Source: Methanotrichaceae archaeon
Lineage (GTDB): Archaea > Halobacteriota > Methanosarcinia > Methanotrichales > Methanotrichaceae
Assembly (NCBI GenBank): GCA_963803145.1
Contig: CAWDLW010000008.1
Location: 32,001-96,000 of the forward strand
Length of the DNA stretch: 64,000 bases
Direction of reading: 5' to 3'
Under the pieces are notes generated by a model, which saw only the letters and a list, made by a program, of their open reading frames with translations, made no database searches and was not told where the DNA came from. Below are positions 41,225-51,471 of this stretch, in pieces (position 1 is the stretch's first letter; each line of letters opens with the position of its first letter). Made by a program: the position numbers and the translations under genes.

Positions 41225-42466
41225 CGCAGGGGTAGAGAAGACTCCGGTCTTTAGGCCGGAGATGAATCGTACCCCGCTTCTTCTTTATGCGGCAAGGCTA
41301 TATATACTAACACAGCATAAATAAGCATATGCTTAAAGCGTACAAGTTTAGGCTCTATCCCACAAAAGCTCAAAGAACCAGGATGGAACGAACGCTAGAC
41401 TTGTGCCGATGGACATACAACCAAACTTTGGCATATCGAAAGAATGCATGGGAGAAAGAAGGCAAATCCGTATCCAAATATGAAACTCACAACCTTCTTC
41501 CTCAATGGAAAGTCGATAAGCCTGAGCTTAATGAAGTATTCTCTCAGGCTCTTCAGAATGTTCAGGAACGGGTAGATTTAGCTCTGAAAGCCTTTTTTCG
41601 TAGAGTCAAAACAGGAGAGAAATCTGGATATCCCCGATTTAGAGGCAAAGGCTGGTATGATTCTTTCAGCTATCCTCAGATGGGATTCAAAATCGAAGAT
41701 GGTAAGCTTCATCTATCCAAAATCGGAGATATCAAGATCAAGCTACATAGGCCAATTGAGGGAAGAATCAAGCGTCTAACTGTTCGGAGAGCGGCAACGG
41801 GCAAATGGTTTGCTTGCTTCTCAGTTGAACAAGAAGAAGTGCCTGTACCACCTTGGAAAAATGGATCTCACGTCGGTATAGATGTTGGCCTGGAAAGCTT
41901 CGCTACTCTCTCAAACGGAGAGAAGATCGCTAACCCTCGATTCTTCAGAGAAGAGGAACAGGAGCTCGCCAGAGTACAAAGAAAGCTCTCGAAAGCTCCC
42001 AAAGGAACACCCGAAAGAAGGAAAGCTCTCAAGGTAGTTGAAAGAGTCCATGAAAGAATCGCTAACAAGCGATGTGAGTTTGCTCACAAGATCAGTCGTG
42101 ATCTGGTAGACCGATTTGGCTTAATCGCCTTTGAAGATCTCAATATCATAGGCATGATGCATAACCACAATTTGGCTAAAAGCATCGGAGACGTAGCTTG
42201 GAATATGCTGGTGAACATAACATCCTACAAAGCTGCAAACGCTGGTTCGATGGTAATCCTAGTAGATCCAAGGAATACATCTAAGATGTGTTCAAGATGT
42301 GGCATTCTGGTTGAAAAGGCGCTTTCCGATAGAGTCCATAACTGCTCTCAGTGTGGACTTTCCCTGGACAGGGATTGGAATGCTGCTATAAATATACTCA
42401 GATTGGGATTGCAATCTGTTCGTAAAATCGATAGAAGCCCCGCTCTTTAGGGCGGGGAGCAGTCAC
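41225..42466 (+). mobile_element. IS200/IS605-family element, tnpB only (IS1341-like); left boundary approximate
   Basis: Left hairpin CTCCGGT-CTTTAG-GCCGGAG; right hairpin CCCCGCT-CTTTAG-GGCGGGG followed by AGCAGTCAC; no tnpA. Confidence 0.88.
41329..42450 (+). CDS. tnpB: RNA-guided endonuclease TnpB
   Basis: AYKFRLYP, GYPRFR, RuvC motifs GIDVG / AFEDL / DRDWNAAINI, Zn finger CSRC...CSQC. Confidence 0.96.
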   Translation: MLKAYKFRLYPTKAQRTRMERTLDLCRWTYNQTLAYRKNAWEKEGKSVSKYETHNLLPQWKVDKPELNEVFSQALQNVQERVDLALKAFFRRVKTGEKSGYPRFRGKGWYDSFSYPQMGFKIEDGKLHLSKIGDIKIKLHRPIEGRIKRLTVRRAATGKWFACFSVEQEEVPVPPWKNGSHVGIDVGLESFATLSNGEKIANPRFFREEEQELARVQRKLSKAPKGTPERRKALKVVERVHERIANKRCEFAHKISRDLVDRFGLIAFEDLNIIGMMHNHNLAKSIGDVAWNMLVNITSYKAANAGSMVILVDPRNTSKMCSRCGILVEKALSDRVHNCSQCGLSLDRDWNAAINILRLGLQSVRKIDRSPAL

Positions 42467-42703
42467 ATCGGCTATCTGTTTTTAAAATCCAATTTGATCT
42501 AGCAAATTAATCTACCAACCATAAACTAATCACTTACATAGTCTTAGTTGGCATAAAGCTTGCTTTACTATTATATGAGGCAACAGCAGAAATTGAAGTA
42601 GAACCAAAATGTAGGCATATGCACATATAATTTTTGATACCGAAACGAACTTCGCATAAGCCAAAAGCTTTTTACATCATAGATTTTATCCCAATCTGAG
42701 GGA

Positions 42704-43159
42704 TTGACCACGAAGATATTGGCTTTAGTATTTGTAGCAATACTTGCAGCTGCCTCCATATCAGTCTCAATGGGGATGACAAATTCTGACAAAGATGCCC
42801 TAAATGCTTCTGTTGTCCTAGCTTTGGAAAAGACAGGAAACTTTAGTTATATAATGGCTGGAGTCGATTCGAATAATAATTTAACCATATGGTCTACTTC
42901 CAAATCGACAGATCAAAATAGCACTATAACTAACCTTGGCTATATTATTGGCGTTTATTTGGGTGCGGCTAAAAGTTACTCAGACTTATCAGATTTGAAT
43001 ATCATGATTGGTACAAAAGAGAATGTCGTTGAGACAATGTACTGTAAAAGATCTTGGGTCGATGAAGTAAAAATCGATTCCGCCGGGAATATGAATGACA
43101 ACGATCTCGCAGCGTTGGTTCTGAAAGTTCTAAGCACTCTCCAGGTGAAATCCCAATAA
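42704..43159 (+). CDS. Secreted hypothetical protein
   Basis: N-terminal hydrophobic signal and clean ORF. Confidence 0.65.
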   Translation: MTTKILALVFVAILAAASISVSMGMTNSDKDALNASVVLALEKTGNFSYIMAGVDSNNNLTIWSTSKSTDQNSTITNLGYIIGVYLGAAKSYSDLSDLNIMIGTKENVVETMYCKRSWVDEVKIDSAGNMNDNDLAALVLKVLSTLQVKSQ

Positions 43160-43263
43160 TGGCTAAGCATGGGGATCTCCATGTTTAAGTCTCTTTTTAA
43201 ATCAAAGTAAGTTCTCTGACTCCGAAGCCATATGCCGCTTGGGTAATGCTTAAAAGCGGCATT

Positions 43264-44079
43264 TTAAGTATCTCTGTTAATGATCATGGGATAGAATCCA
43301 TGAATGCTATCACGTAGAGCCTTTAAGCGTTCGTATTTGCTGCATTCCTTTCTTATTTTAGAGGCTCTTACTGGCAGGTAATTTCTATATTTTATGAAGT
43401 TAGCTATATACAGATTTCTTATCTTTCCACTATCAAGTAACCCAAGCTCGACATAGTACCTGCAAAGACCAATAGCTCCATACTCTTCAAGTCGTCTTGC
43501 GGAGGTCACTACCTTCCTTTGGACCAGGAATCGAGTCTGTCCCTCTGTTCTCAGCTCCTTATCAAAGGCGGCATCCTCAAGGGCAAACTCCTTGAAGCCT
43601 CCTATTTTCATAAATATCTTCTTCGGCACGCAGATGTTTATCCCAATGAGGCTACCATTACCCATTTTCGAATTGAGCCACCAGTAGTAATCGCTAACAT
43701 ATTCGATTATTCTTATCTTGGGGCCTTTGCCTTCAATTCCAAAACCCATTGTAAGTCCGACTACGCCGTCCTCAAGATATTTGTGAACAACTTCAAGGTA
43801 ATCTTTCTTTATCATTGTGTCAGCATCGATAAACACTAAGTACTTCCCTTTAGCAAATTTTGCACCATAATTCCTACCCCACCAAATTCCCCTTTTCTTA
43901 GATATAACAACGATATCTGCATATTTCTTAGCAATTTCAACTGTTCTATCTTCACTTGCTCCATCAGAGACGATTATCTCATACCTGTTGCGGGGAAAAG
44001 TTTGACTGGAAATTGATCTCACACAATCTTCAATATAATTTTCCTCGTTCAGCGTCGGTATAATGACTGAGAACTCCAT
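43264..44079 (-). CDS. Glycosyltransferase family 2
   Basis: SVIIPTLNEE, VSDG.S.D.T, RNYGA, FIDAD, GGF...ED and TSARR motifs. Confidence 0.93.
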   Translation of the reverse strand: MEFSVIIPTLNEENYIEDCVRSISSQTFPRNRYEIIVSDGASEDRTVEIAKKYADIVVISKKRGIWWGRNYGAKFAKGKYLVFIDADTMIKKDYLEVVHKYLEDGVVGLTMGFGIEGKGPKIRIIEYVSDYYWWLNSKMGNGSLIGINICVPKKIFMKIGGFKEFALEDAAFDKELRTEGQTRFLVQRKVVTSARRLEEYGAIGLCRYYVELGLLDSGKIRNLYIANFIKYRNYLPVRASKIRKECSKYERLKALRDSIHGFYPMIINRDT

Positions 44080-44382
44080 AGATACCGACTCCCTAAATGT
44101 ATAGGTTCATTAATTAAACCTTTTGTGCTATTAAAAATCGTTTTAGATTATTCCCTAATTATTCTTCACCCTACATTTCTCATAGATTACTTTGGGGTAA
44201 TACTTTACTACATTGCTAATTAGTGCCCGGGTAAGCGTCATCCAGGATTTTGGAGTTTAGGTTTTCCTGAATCGTTTTTAATGCTCCTCCCGATGATAGA
44301 TATTGCTCAAATCACCGAGAAGCTATTTTTCCTATACAAAGACCTAGTTTCCTATATAAGGAGCGATCGGTGAAGTATCGAA

Positions 44383-44463
44383 AATCGCTACGTAGAGTGG
44401 GGATAACCAAGCCAGGCCAACGGTGATAGACTCAAGATCTATTCTCGCAGGAGTTCAAGGGTT
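44383..44463 (+). repeat. att site: duplicated leader and 5' portion of tRNA-Leu (truncated in the T-arm)
   Basis: 44399-44463 is identical to 51985-52049 (65 bp); the match extends to 44383/51969 with 2 mismatches. Confidence 0.93.
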
Positions 44464-44552
44464 TGGTCTTTCCTGAACGGCGCTAAACACCGATTTTCGG
44501 AATATTTCTTCCTAAAGGCGAATAGATATTGCACAAATATCCCTAGGAAGAG

Positions 44553-45428
44553 ATGAAGATGGCAAAGATCGCCGTTGATTGGAGTATGGATAAAGAGCAG
44601 GATATTAAACCGGCTTTGACGCGATTTAAGAAATACCTGGATAGAATTGGATTTAAAGAGAATACTATTATACTCTATGTGAAGCTGATTAATGCGTATC
44701 TCCTTGAAGCAAAAACAGGTACGCCGTCTACAAAAGATGCAGAAAAGTTCTATAATTCTCTCCATGAAAGAAAGCTATCAGGTAGTGCTATCAACAATTT
44801 TGCGGCAGCTATTATTAAGTATCATAAGATGATAGACAACCCGGTTAAGCTATCTTTCCTAAAGCTGAATAATTCGCTACCTTATTACTTTGATGAAATG
44901 GATGTTCTTAAGATCTTTGGTGCATGTAATAACCTAAAGCATCATTCTATGCTGAAAGTTCTATTCTTTGGCTGTTTAAGATCAGGTGAGTTATGCAACC
45001 TTGATGTTTCTGATTATGATCCCAAAGATTTAACTCTAAGACTTAGAGAAACCAAGAACAAATCCGATGCTTTAACTTTCATCAATGATGATACTGCTAG
45101 AGTTTTGAACCAGTATTTGAGCTTAAGACCGCCTATTAAGATTGAAGGAAAAGAACCTTCATTTGTTACCGATTACGGGCATAGATACACAAATAAAGAG
45201 GTATATCGCGTATTTATGTATTATAAGAAAAAAGCGGGCATTCAGAAAAAAGGCGGGGTTTATTGTTTTTCAAGGCATTCAAGTGCAACTTTGATGGTAA
45301 CTAAAGGTTGCGATCTTAGGAGCGTACAAGCCATACTGCGCCATCGCGATATTCATACAACTCTAAGATATACCCATCTTTGCGATGCTGTAAAAAGAGA
45401 AAAGCATAGCCAATATCTTACGATTTAA
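44553..45428 (+). CDS. Tyrosine recombinase/integrase (XerC/D-like)
   Basis: GCLRSGEL (R), ETKN (K), YCFSRHS (HxxR-like), LRH and TLRYTH (Y). Confidence 0.92.
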   Translation: MKMAKIAVDWSMDKEQDIKPALTRFKKYLDRIGFKENTIILYVKLINAYLLEAKTGTPSTKDAEKFYNSLHERKLSGSAINNFAAAIIKYHKMIDNPVKLSFLKLNNSLPYYFDEMDVLKIFGACNNLKHHSMLKVLFFGCLRSGELCNLDVSDYDPKDLTLRLRETKNKSDALTFINDDTARVLNQYLSLRPPIKIEGKEPSFVTDYGHRYTNKEVYRVFMYYKKKAGIQKKGGVYCFSRHSSATLMVTKGCDLRSVQAILRHRDIHTTLRYTHLCDAVKREKHSQYLTI

Positions 45429-45512
45429 CCTTTATTTTTATCGACATAAATAATTGGACTTATCATATACACCGCTAGCATAAAGATAAAAATGAAAGCC
45501 ATAAGAGATGAA

Positions 45513-47048
45513 TTACTTTATGGACTTACGATAGTTTCCTTTTTTAAACTCTTTAAGCTTTTTATATTCTATTGATTTTTCAACAGCAGAATAAATTATA
45601 TCAGATCCGCCTAATATCCCTGATGTATCTATTAATTGAATCAGCAGTACTTTTAAAAATACACTTAATTTATAGTTTATTCGAGGAAGATCATCATCGC
45701 TAAACGAGTTTCTTCGATTGTTTTCGTCAAAATGTGTGTAGTAATTCCTTGTAGCTACTAATCTTTGAATGATTTTTTCTTCGCCATCGGGTTCATCATC
45801 TATAAGCATTTTAAACCATTTTAATTCTCCACGTCCACAATTGCTAAGCTCTTTTAATCTTGTAGTCAATGAAAATTCATTACTCATAGAAATTTTACTT
45901 TGGAAATTTTTAACCAAATATTCATATTTTTTTAATAATTCATCTTTTGTTATTGAAACACCATTTTCATTTGTTAGAGCTTTTATCAATTCTTCAGGAA
46001 CTGCATTAATTAGAGCATTTCTTATTGGCTTGAATTCACCTGTTTTTAAATATTTTCCCCCATAAACGCGCCTATGAAATGTCTCTATAGCTTGCATTAA
46101 AGTTAAAAAGTATATATGTGGATTCATTGATGGATTGTAAAAGGTTAAAAAGAACAAATCAATAACTGGTGCGATTATATCAGTTTCCTTAAACCAATTA
46201 TTTAGGTCTTTAGTAACAAGTTTATTTGGAAACCTAATAAGATCCTGAAAAGTTGTCTCTATCATAAAGGGGTGAAGATCTTCAATAACTCTAGGATTAG
46301 GTATAGTGTAATAAATATTAACTAGCTCATCAAAAATATTACGATCAGGTTGATGTTTGATTTGAGCGGATAGTTTAATAGGATAAACTGGATAACCCAT
46401 AAGTAACGTCAATAGATTCCCTAGATCAATGATTCTTTTTTGGAACCATTCCCAACTTTGCTCATCCATCGGTTGAATACTTATATTTGATTGATATCTA
46501 ATTTCAACTTCAGTTTGAAGATCGCCTAGAGAATTATGAATGGAAGAGATATGTAAGGTAGATTTAATAGATTCTAAATCCATTTTATAATCTATTGTTT
46601 TACATTTTATGTTATACTCATCCTTATCCCATTTATACTCAAACTTATTATTTATCCACTTATCTAAATAAGTAAAATTTGCGCTTAGGAAAATAAACCT
46701 AATATCATTCTCTTGCAAGAAATGATTGCCAAAAAAGATATACTCGCAAATGAAAATAGATTTGCCACGTTTATTGTTGTAATTTAGTCCATTAGAAACT
46801 GAGCTTTCTTCGTATATTCTAGATAAACGATAAACTGTTACTTTTTTCCCTATATTAAGACAGCCTAACATTATATCGAATTCTCTAAGATCATAATGAT
46901 GCTTCTTACTAAAAACGCCGTTTAATTCGAGTTCTATATAGTTATGCTTGAATTTAATTATTCCACTTAGTGGTTCTTCATCTTTTCCAGGTAGCCACCA
47001 TGTTCCAGAATACTCAAACTCATCTAAGAGGTTAAATTCAATATCCAT
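45513..47048 (-). CDS. ApeA-like protein: ApeA N-terminal domain plus HEPN RNase (putative antiviral)
   Basis: G.WWLP...G.I start, LLTLLMG, QAIETFHR, and HEPN motif RNYYTH near the C-terminus. Confidence 0.8.
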   Translation of the reverse strand: MDIEFNLLDEFEYSGTWWLPGKDEEPLSGIIKFKHNYIELELNGVFSKKHHYDLREFDIMLGCLNIGKKVTVYRLSRIYEESSVSNGLNYNNKRGKSIFICEYIFFGNHFLQENDIRFIFLSANFTYLDKWINNKFEYKWDKDEYNIKCKTIDYKMDLESIKSTLHISSIHNSLGDLQTEVEIRYQSNISIQPMDEQSWEWFQKRIIDLGNLLTLLMGYPVYPIKLSAQIKHQPDRNIFDELVNIYYTIPNPRVIEDLHPFMIETTFQDLIRFPNKLVTKDLNNWFKETDIIAPVIDLFFLTFYNPSMNPHIYFLTLMQAIETFHRRVYGGKYLKTGEFKPIRNALINAVPEELIKALTNENGVSITKDELLKKYEYLVKNFQSKISMSNEFSLTTRLKELSNCGRGELKWFKMLIDDEPDGEEKIIQRLVATRNYYTHFDENNRRNSFSDDDLPRINYKLSVFLKVLLIQLIDTSGILGGSDIIYSAVEKSIEYKKLKEFKKGNYRKSIK

Positions 47049-47279
47049 GTTATATCGGTTGTAGAGGTATATGTTATATAAACGCTTTAAGGCTTGAAAG
47101 TTTTAAAAAATCCGATTGTTTATGCATTTTTTATCGGCAAAGATATTTATCCCTTATCTATCCCGAAGGGTGAAAAGCTCAAGCTGCAAGGCAACGTAGA
47201 AATCAAAAGCTTAAAGCGATGATGGCGGCGGACATAGTCTAAGGCCCGCTTTCCTCTTTCGTCATTCCATTATATGCAT

Positions 47280-48044
47280 CTAGCAATTTACATACTTTAT
47301 GGGATTTTGCGAATTTGCGGTTAGGTAATGTTTAACCGACTTATTTACATATTTGTCGCGTATTTCCTTTTTTGCGATATTACCATCAAATTCCCACCGT
47401 TGAGGATCATATGTGTAAAGCTCATTTGCATCTGGGCGCGTTTTATAAAGTGTCGCTTGGGTTCCGGCCTTATACCACTGTTTTATTTCATATACTTCTA
47501 CAACAATACCTTTGAAAACTGAAAATGCGTATTCTGCACATTCTCGCTTTGGGCCAATTACCCATACTCCGCGTGTAACATCGTACAATGAATCCGCATC
47601 CATTCCATATCGATATAGCTGGTTAATTCTGATAAGTATTGCACGTTCCGTAATATTGGCTTGGTCTTTTGGATCTATGATTTCCCCAATTGCGTTGGTT
47701 CCCATTCCATCGATGTGCATACGGTTTGGCTCTCCATGTTTCTTCGTGCCGGGTCCACGAATGAGGTTTGTGAGCGGTGGGATTCCGATTAAATCAATCG
47801 CGGCCGCCTCTATCATCTTAGCGGTTTCATCATCTAAGTTATAGCGGAGAAATTCCTTAATTGGTTCTTTCTTTTGCGCGCGGATTTCCTCAATTTTCGC
47901 AAGGGTTTTTGCGTTACGCTCTGTATTGTTATCAATTCGTGATTTTCTTCCTTTTCCTATATAGAAAACATTTCCATCTATCGGATTCCTAAAAAGGTAA
48001 ACATAGTAATCGGAATCCTTGGATACTGTTTCCACGCTAGCCAT
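47280..48044 (-). CDS. GIY-YIG nuclease domain protein (LEM-3-like)
   Basis: YVYLFRNP...FYIGKG..SR, IEAAAIDL...LTN...G; C-terminal LY..TRG.W...RWEF.G...NP..Y domain. Confidence 0.82.
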   Translation of the reverse strand: MASVETVSKDSDYYVYLFRNPIDGNVFYIGKGRKSRIDNNTERNAKTLAKIEEIRAQKKEPIKEFLRYNLDDETAKMIEAAAIDLIGIPPLTNLIRGPGTKKHGEPNRMHIDGMGTNAIGEIIDPKDQANITERAILIRINQLYRYGMDADSLYDVTRGVWVIGPKRECAEYAFSVFKGIVVEVYEIKQWYKAGTQATLYKTRPDANELYTYDPQRWEFDGNIAKKEIRDKYVNKSVKHYLTANSQNPIKYVNC

Positions 48045-48929
48045 TTTGGCACCCCATAGACGCTGAAATTGCAGTCCTATTATATATTATCAGTGGTTCA
48101 TTGATCCGCTGTTATCAATTATATGTAATAGCATCAAAGAGCGAAAGGGTATTGTCTAAGGCCCGCTATCCTTTCATTACCCCTATTGGATTACCTTATT
48201 TAAATCTCCAATTTACCGCTAGCTGTAAGATAACTAACCGGGTGATATTCTCTATATCACCCGTCTATTTTCGGGCCTTAAATCGCATTATAGAGCCTTT
48301 TTATGCTCCATAAACCAACGCGGATTCCGCGCCGGTTTTACCAACCTTCACCGAAAACGCAACGATCGCGTTTTCTGAAGAAACCGCAGAGAAACCCGGC
48401 AATGTGGCAACGCCGGGCGGCGCGATACCAACCTTTTTTTTTTAGCTCACCCTATAATCTATCAAGCCTTTGCCGATCCTCGCTTATAGGGCATCCTACG
48501 CAACCTACTTCTAGACAATTTCTAAAGTGTTAGGCTGCAACCCTACCCTTTCAAAGTTGTACATACAAAACCCGTAAGTTCTATATATTACTTTATACAA
48601 CTTGCAGAGCTCCGCAAAATCGGGTAAACTACCCTTCTTCCTAACCCTTCATTCCAGCGCCTATAGACACAAATTCTGCAGCTCGCCTAATATCAATCGA
48701 TCATGGCGTCAGATGGCGATTTTTACAAAATACTTTCCAGAGCGCAAAGGATGCCTTGGTGATCGGAAAAGGTATTTATAAAATACCGCTTTGATTCGAA
48801 GGTACTCAAAAATGAAATGATTTATCTGTTGGTTGTATATACTCTAGTACAAATGGAGTCTTGATCATGTTACCAATTAGGGAATCATTTGGTGAAATAC
48901 TCAAACTAACTTAATTAACTGTTATTTGC

Positions 48930-49868
48930 CTAACTTTTAATTCTAATAATTTTTGCCATTTTAATTTTATCCATAGGCACTACATATAAGAAAGACTGTG
49001 GTGGCGCTGGCTTATGCTTTTCCACCATATAATAGTTCCCATCTTGCTGAGCAACTAGGATTAAGGTGTTGTTTGAAAGCTCTGTTGATGATTCATTTAG
49101 ATCTAATTTAATCTCATAACTCCCTGGAGCCCCCTCTATCAGCTTTATGGCGTCGTAGGCACCAATTTCATTAAAGATGGATGCGTTAATATAAAATAGA
49201 GAAATTAAGGTAAAGATTATAACAAAAATCATAAACTTACTCTCTTTCATTCTATCTAGTTCTAATGAAAAAATTGTTCCACATATACATAAAATAAGGG
49301 AGACAACAGCTAATAATATCAATATAAAATATGTACTAAAAATTTGTGCGATAACGTTCACAAACGCATTCGGTGTATCCCCCAAATGAAAAATTGCAAA
49401 TATATAATCAGTATAATCAAATATAATATATTTATAACTAGTCATACAATAATAAAAAATGAAATATGATAACATAATACTGAAATACAAAACAGTTTCA
49501 TCAAACATCCGCTCATTACGATAAATTGCTCTCCTTTTTTCCAAAGTAGTAGGGCGCATTTTGCCAAAAACATTCGATTTTATATTTAGAAAAAATTTAT
49601 TAAAATTTATAGGGTTTTTACCATAAATTCTACAAATTAAAATTATAATAGATGAAAATCCTATCATAACCACAATATTTATAATAATAATTGGTATTAA
49701 TCTTAATAAAAACTTTGTGTTCAATAAATCAGAATACTGATATGGGAAGGAAAATCTGCCAAAATAAGCATCACTATAAATTAATCCAAATAAATAGAAA
49801 AAGTAAGCTAACAAAGCAAAAATTATTGCGGGTTCTATTAGCCGGTTAATTGATTTCTGATGTGGCAT
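48930..49868 (-). CDS. Multi-TM hypothetical membrane protein (island cargo)
   Basis: About 5 hydrophobic segments, very AT-rich, soluble C-terminal tail. Confidence 0.7.
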   Translation of the reverse strand: MPHQKSINRLIEPAIIFALLAYFFYLFGLIYSDAYFGRFSFPYQYSDLLNTKFLLRLIPIIIINIVVMIGFSSIIILICRIYGKNPINFNKFFLNIKSNVFGKMRPTTLEKRRAIYRNERMFDETVLYFSIMLSYFIFYYCMTSYKYIIFDYTDYIFAIFHLGDTPNAFVNVIAQIFSTYFILILLAVVSLILCICGTIFSLELDRMKESKFMIFVIIFTLISLFYINASIFNEIGAYDAIKLIEGAPGSYEIKLDLNESSTELSNNTLILVAQQDGNYYMVEKHKPAPPQSFLYVVPMDKIKMAKIIRIKS

Positions 49869-50241
49869 AATACCATTTATCCAAAACTTCGCCTCTATTT
49901 CGAGCTGTTGCTATAAAAAGGTTGAGCTAAATGCGATATATTTGGAGACTTCCAGCTACTGTTCACTTATCACTATGAAGTTTTAGAGCATCGGCCCAAG
50001 TGCATTCATTGGTCTTTCGCCAGATCGACAACTTATTAGATTCTTTCTGGCATAAAGTCCTCAGAATAACCAGCTTAACAAAGTGCGAGAATCTCATCCC
50101 CTGCACATATTGGTAAATACGGAATCGGCATCAATGGACTACGCCTTGAATAGTGCGGCCTGATGGTTACCAGTAAACCTATCATAACGCTCTTTTGGCG
50201 TTAATTTTATCCTGAAGCATCAACCATAGTGTTAAGATGCC

Positions 50242-50499
50242 ATGAACCCTAAGACGACCGTACTGGCAGTTCTTCCTGACAACAAAGACGAAGCAATATC
50301 CATGAAAGAGATTGCCCTCGCGTTGGGCCTGGACATTTCTTCATATACTGCCACGGGCCGAACCAAACGCCAGCTTTCCAGAACACTCAGGGCATTAATA
50401 AAATGGGGCTGGGTGGGTTGCGACCGGAGACAGGGAGAGAACGGACATAAAGCCTGGCATAATGCTTACTGGAAAACTGAGCTGGCAGAGTCAGTATAA
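50242..50499 (+). CDS. Small winged-helix DNA-binding protein
   Basis: ISMKEIALALG...LSRTLRALIKWGWV...YWK pattern. Confidence 0.65.
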   Translation: MNPKTTVLAVLPDNKDEAISMKEIALALGLDISSYTATGRTKRQLSRTLRALIKWGWVGCDRRQGENGHKAWHNAYWKTELAESV

Positions 50500-50850
50500 T
50501 CGATCGGATATCATATTGTCTTTATGGCTCTAGTTCCAAAAAAAATCCATCATAAGTTATAATAATATTTTTGCTCTAAAATTCCTTAGCTGATCGATAG
50601 CCGTGAAATTACCCTAAAAACGCAATCGGTAACCCACCGACTTAAGGTAGGTAGTCTTTTGAGCATACTTTCCAGCTACAATTCGCATGATGGGCGATAA
50701 GTTCAGTCTATTCGTATACCTTATGGAATTGCTAAGTTAACAAAAGCATCCCCCACTCTACACCATAAATCATCCGAATAATAACCTCTATATATCGTGA
50801 AGTATCTAAAAGTTTCCAATAAGTTAAAGCTTTAGAAATTGCCAGAAAAT

Positions 50851-51060
50851 CTTCACGAAGAGCTTAAGCAATCCGAGGAAAACCTGATTAATGCTCGATA
50901 GGAAACCGCCAAATTTGAGCTATCCCTTAAGGGCATAAATGATGAGCTATTATTCCTTCACGACCATGTAAACCAACCTACCCAAAGCTTAGGCCAGATA
51001 GGCTTAAAACACGGCGATGAAGATATCCAGAAATGGGTACAATGGAAATTCTGGAAATAA
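50851..51060 (+). pseudogene. Remnant of a coiled-coil protein ending in an aromatic/basic amphipathic tail
   Basis: LHEELKQSEENLINAR*ETAKFELSLKGINDELLFLHDHVNQ...KWVQWKFWK*, with in-frame TAG at 50899-50901 and no intact start. Confidence 0.5.
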
Positions 51061-51080
51061 TGGGCCGTTAAAATGATTCT

Positions 51081-51302
51081 TTAGATAGCATCTTCATTGA
51101 TTTTCGTAATGGTATCAAGCGCATGGCCTTTAATATTGCCAGAGGTAGAACTATTTCCAATTTCGGCAATTGCAATTATTGCGGGTTTACCATAAGCAGC
51201 TAAAGTATTGATTGCCTTAAACTTTTCGTAATCAATTGTTGCTTCTAGAGCTAATCTTTTTATCTTTTCTATTTCTTTTGTTATTTCTTTTGTTTCATCC
51301 AT
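51081..51302 (-). CDS. Small helical (HEAT-like) hypothetical protein
   Basis: KAINTLAAYGKPAI..I.EI...IKGHALDTI pattern. Confidence 0.55.
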   Translation of the reverse strand: MDETKEITKEIEKIKRLALEATIDYEKFKAINTLAAYGKPAIIAIAEIGNSSTSGNIKGHALDTITKINEDAI

Positions 51303-51471
51303 TGTTTGTCACTATAAGATGGGTTAATATCTACACTTTATAAATCTTTCTACTTAAATTCTGAAACAAATAATATCAAAATGTACTCAAAATAATGAGT
51401 CGTTTAAATCGCTTTTAACGGCCATATCTCCTAAGCTATGAAGGGATTTATACCACCTACTTAGAGCTATC

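Noticed and set aside
44397-44480. Second functional tRNA-Leu
   Set aside because: It diverges in the T-loop and lacks the 3' acceptor strand; it is an att remnant.
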